From positions 806,001 to 870,000 of the forward strand of contig CP145414.1 of assembly GCA_036867785.1 (NCBI GenBank): 64,000 bases of DNA, written 5' to 3'. Shown one piece after another: positions 59,367 to 64,000 of this stretch. Source of the stretch: Plasmodiophora brassicae. Lineage: Eukaryota. Each line of letters opens with the position of its first letter. The first letter of the stretch is position 1. The position numbers and the translations under genes are program-made. The notes below the pieces were generated by a model that was not told where the DNA came from, made no database searches, and saw nothing but the letters and a program-made list of their open reading frames with translations.

Positions 59367-60972
59367 ATGATGCGGTCCATCACGACGTACTTGGCGCCTG
59401 CATGCGCCAGGCTGATGTCGACGCGACCGCCGACGGCCGTCCAGATCACGAAAACGACGAGCCCGAAAATAAAGCTGCCCAAGGAGCAGCTCGTGTTCGG
59501 GAAGACATTCACGGATCACCTACTGACGATGGATTGGTCGAAACCCGCCGGATGGACGGCTCCCCAGATTACGGCCTATGCCCCGTTCTGTTTGGATCCG
59601 GCTGCGACAGTCTTCCACTACGCGCTTGGTACACTTTATGACGTCTCGAAGCGTACAGGATATTTGGGACTCATCGAGCCCATGTAGCGTGCTTCGAGGG
59701 CATGAAGGCGTACGTTGACGATGACAACCAGATCCGGCTGTTCCGTCCCGATATGAACATGAAACGCCTACTGAACTCAGCCGACCGTCTCGTCATGCCT
59801 GTAAGTGATACCATGAGCGCGGCGAACCACTGTCTGACGCTGTTACTGCTGAAAGTGCCCTGACGAGCACATCATGCTCGACGGCATAAAGGAGCTGGTT
59901 AAGCTCGACAAGGACTGGATCCCCAAGGGGTTGGGTTACTCTCTCTATATTCGCCCGACACTCATCAGCACCTATGTCAGTCGCCGTGACGTGTACCATT
60001 GTACCATTGTGCTGAAACGCATATGCAGCCATTCCTTGGTGTTGCGCCATCAGAGGCTGTGCGCTTCTACACGATTATGAGTCCTGTTGGCCCGTATTAC
60101 GCCAGCGGGTTTAAGGCCGTGTCTCTGTATGCGGACCATGAGCATGTTCGTGCTTGGCCGGGCGGCGCCGGAGGCAGCAAGATTGGCGCGTATTGCAATC
60201 AGACACATTGATCTCAAGCACGGTCCTTCTCGTTGACATGTGCCAACAGGAACTACGCGCCGGCGATAAAAGCCCAACGCTTAGCCATGTCTCGCGGGTT
60301 CGCCCAAGTCCTGTGGCTGTTTGGGCCTGATTTGCAGATAACCGAAGTCGGGACGATGAACCAGGTTCGTCGAATGCAATGGAAAGCATGCGTTTGACGC
60401 CTCTTAAGCAACGTGCAGTTCTTCTTCTTCAAGAATCGAGACGGTGAACCGGAGCTGGTGACGGCCCCATTGACAGACGGAACAATATTGCCAGGCATAA
60501 CTCGCGATTCCATCCTGACGCTGTGTCGAGAGTGGGGCGAGTTCAAAGTATCCGAACGTAAGATTACGCTCCATGAGGTCATGGAAGCTGTCGAAGAGGA
60601 CAGGGTACGTCTGGATGATCTGACAGCCATAAGCGTTCGCATTCAAAGAAGGCATGCAGATGATCGAGGCGTTCGGATCTGGGACGGCTGCTATTGTCAG
60701 CCCTGTCAAGAGCGTTCATTTCCAGGGGAAGGTAATATGCGCGTGCCCGGTACGAGATTGAACGTCTGATCATGTTACCATAGGATTATCCGATTCCGTT
60801 GGATCCGAAGGATCCCAATGGCCAGGCAGGTGCTCTCACGCAGCGTATCTCTCGAACGATCATGGATATTCAGGTCGGCAGAGTACTGAGAGTCCACACA
60901 GCGTTTGACACTGAACCGTGTACGTCGCAGTACGGCAAGGTCGACCACCCGTGGTCGGTTATCGTTAAATAA
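59367..60972 (+). CDS. BCAT: Branched-chain amino acid aminotransferase, mitochondrial, multi-exon
   Basis: [77 protein letters not shown] and HPWS. Confidence 0.95.
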
Positions 60973-61830
60973 ACGGCAAGAAGCCGGGTCCTGGGTCCAT
61001 CAAGGAAGTGCCAACTTCTCTGCGTAGATGGTCGAGGACACTGGCATCGATCTGCCTCTGGGATGACGTACACTGGCTGACGGTGTCGACGAGGATAACC
61101 TCGAGCTGATTCGGGCGTGCCTCGGTCAGGACCTTGGTCGTGGACGCGAACGGCGCCAGGCCAATGAGCATCGGAATCGAAGTCGGTTCGTTCGGTTTTG
61201 ATGAAGGCATACAATAGTAAGTGAAAGCTTGACAAGCGTCCAGTTCGTTCTCCAGGACGCAGCTAAACGTGCAAGTCAGATCAGGGCTTATGGTGCACGG
61301 AATGATAGATGTACCCTGCTCCTCTGTTTTCAGCCCGAACGCGAATGGACCAATCCTTGCCAGCTCTCACGAGCGTTCGCCCTGCACTGTTGACCGCCAA
61401 AGCGCCGCCCTCCGGCCTAGGTAGTGCCCAGACGGGCATAGATCTGCTCGACCTATTCCGCGTCCCTGTAAATGCACAAGAAAATTGAATTCCACAGCGT
61501 TCAGCACGTATCACCTGTTTGTCTTTGCTGGTTGTCAATAGGTAACAGCGAATAAAATTCACGGCCACGATAACGTCATCGTGCGCCAGCAGCGACTTAT
61601 GGCAATCGCCGAAATCGAGACACCAAGTCTTTAGGCGGTTGTCAACATCCGCCAAGAACAGCAGTATCCCATCCGAGCCGATGCCCATGCAGAGCGCCGC
61701 AGGTAGGCGAGTACCCGTTCAACGACAGGTCGGACGTTTAGCGTGCTCTCATGGACCACTCGGAACAGTTGGATACAGTTGTCGAAATACCCTCCCGCAC
61801 CCATTGACGGAGCCTTTCCTAGCCACAGCA
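60965..61830 (-). pseudogene. Decayed fragment of a WDR3/UTP12/DIP2-like WD40 gene
   Basis: LKTWCLDFGDCHKSLLAHDD is a Utp12 hallmark, and TTSKDK, ALAVNSAG..LVRAGKDWSIRV and a Utp12-CTD-like piece follow. The pieces are in different frames, carry deletions and span far too little for the full protein. Confidence 0.7.
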
Positions 61831-62032
61831 ACCTTACAAAGGATAGTCTAGGTCACGTCACCGACTTGTGTCGTATTCTGTGTAGAAAGTATCCGGTGGA
61901 GTACACAGTTCGGCTTGGGCCTGTGGAGTAACGGTGACAGCATCGTCTAAGGCTGCTGCGCGCCCTGGTGACCGCTTCGTCTTGGGCTCCTGGTGACAGC
62001 TTCACGGACATTTGCGGCATCTGGCCTGTGCA

Positions 62033-64000
62033 ATGTCGAGTCGAGCGCTGCGACGCGCCTATCCAGCCGATCTGCCAGCTCCTGCATCCGCTGGTGATGA
62101 TACTGACGAACAGGAGACCGAAGACGACCAGCAAGAGGCAGTCGTGAATGCGTTTGCAGCGCTGGCTGGGGACGAGAGCTCTGAAGCCGACAACGAGAGT
62201 GTTGGTGGCGGAAGAACCCCATCTCCTGTTCGGCCTGCTGTTCGACAGGTCCAACCTAATTTATCAACAGCGTCCTTGCGTTATATTCTGAAGCGGTGCA
62301 AAGCAGAAGAAGCCTGCGACGCAGACTCTGTCGATCGAGGAAGAGATTGCTCGATTTCAAGCAACGAATGCTGCTGCAGCGTCTGGAACATCTGCGGATC
62401 ATGCAGAATCGAATGACGCCGCCTGCGACTCTCTACTGGACCGAGTCCTTCAGTGCGAAGCCAGATTCTTTGATTCGGAACGCGAACTACGAAACCTTTT
62501 CGGTTCGGCTGCGCTGCAGGCTGAAACGTCCACTCAACCAGGTTAAAATGGACTTTGTATCGTCATCCTGTAAGTTGGGATCGCTAACCGCCATGACGCA
62601 ACAGCTCGTGGTCGCAACCGAGGAGCCGCGGTCGCAGCCCAGCGAATTAAACGCGTGCGGAAGTCCATTCTGGTCAAAGCAAAGTACGTACAGGAGATGG
62701 CATAAGGCAGACCATTTGTAACACTTAGAACAGGGATGATTGGCCTGTTGTACCTCTGGGCCAGCTAGGCCTTTCCATGCGATTTGACAGCAACGCTGGC
62801 GAGTTCTCATTCTGCTGGGGTGCTGATTACGTCAGCATGCAAGAGCAGTTCGAAGCATGTGCGCGTACGCACGATCCCCAGGCCCTGGCAACGCTTCTGC
62901 AATTGCAACCGTGGCACATTGGGACCCTGCTGCAAATGGTGTGCCGCGCCTACTTCAATGCCTTACCGGGCCTGCTTACTGCCGTCCCCTTAGAGCGATA
63001 TTTACCGCCTGCATGGTGAATTCCCAATCGCTGCAGACTTGGTGTCAAGAGCTATTTACGCGATGGAAGGAAACTTCCATCCCAAGTTTGACATTCTATC
63101 GGTATTCCTTCGTTTCGGTCGCGACACGGCTGCTCATTGCGTGCTGACAGGGACGTCCGGCTTGCTACCTGGATCTAAACCTGCCGGAAAATGCCAGTTT
63201 CTTCCGTGCGCTGCGACGTCATATGCAATTCGTTGGACGTCGCGGTTGTACTCGAACCGCTCTCGAGCTGTGTAAGCTTGCTCTCAAGATCACACGATCT
63301 CCGTAATCTCGAATGCTGGTCTCTTTGGTCGGAATGCGAAATCTGATTCGAGATTAGGTGGCCGTCCGGCCCGTCGCGGTACGCGACAGAGGCCCTGCTT
63401 CATCTGGAGCACTTTGCATTCCGTGCGTCGATCCCTCAATTTGTGCTGCAATTTGCCTCATCATACGACTATACGAACAACACGTCGAGGGGCGACGAAA
63501 TGATACCGCTGATCAATAGTGTCCTTATGCTACCCAGCTGGGCCTTCGCTGTTGCACTTGCGAAATACCTGACTGATAACCGGCGAGATTTGTTTACTGA
63601 TGTCGTTCTCGTCAATACCATTGTCGATACATCAGATACAACGCCGTCGGAGCTGGTGCAGCAGAGCCTGCTGCTGTACCCAGAAGTCCTTGAACGTATC
63701 TTGGTGAAGATCGGGTAGGTCATGGCAGATGCGTCTGCAGGCGTTGCAACATTGACACGTTTGATATAGGTCGAACGAGCCTCGTAAAGGACGATGGAAG
63801 AAAGTTCTTGGTCATTTGCATTTCCGTGAAGCCCGGTTGCGACTTGAAGACGAGTCAGGCCTGCGGAAGCTGGTGGACATTTTCATCGAGCGTTCTGGAA
63901 CTTTGTGGAAAGAGGAACAGGTAGGTCTTAGTGGATGGCGTGAGAGCCGCATTGACAATGCGAACAGGTCTTGGACTGGGTCAGTGCGAATGCTGAGCTC
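62033..64000 (+). CDS. TCF25: Ribosome quality-control factor TCF25/Rqc1 (multi-exon, runs off the window)
   Basis: MSSRALRR, NAFAAL, QEQF...DPQAL..LL..QPWHIGTLLQM, AADLVSRAIYAME..FHP.F and GRRGCTRTALELCKL. Confidence 0.85.

Noticed and set aside
45654-60972. Metabolic gene cluster (DHODH, PDT-TyrA, BCAT)
   Set aside because: The genes belong to different pathways and are separated by unrelated genes. Proximity is expected in such a compact genome.

Overview
Gene-dense, GC-rich eukaryotic nuclear DNA with very short GT-AG introns (about 50-65 nt). The gene content and intron style fit a plasmodiophorid protist such as Plasmodiophora; this is an inference, not confirmed. Most of the window is housekeeping genes: NUP35/53, GRX5, DAD1/OST2, PP4c, a GT32 glycosyltransferase, a kinesin, RPN11, a PSTAIRE CDK, histone H1, DHODH, a PDT-TyrA fusion, BCAT and TCF25/RQC1. 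It also holds three paralogous helical-repeat/RAP organellar RNA-binding genes and large coiled-coil genes. The most unusual part is an accessory island at about 2.9-13.8 kb. It carries four co-oriented, intronless copies of an unrecognised ~230-255-aa protein family that share an upstream 8-mer. Interleaved with them are a giant-virus-like GIY-YIG/zinc-knuckle gene, an orphan ORF, a decayed PIF/Harbinger transposase and a nested direct/inverted repeat. Next to the island is a secreted hevein/CBM18 protein with three unrecognised 4-Cys repeats. All exon boundaries were read by eye and no searches were run.
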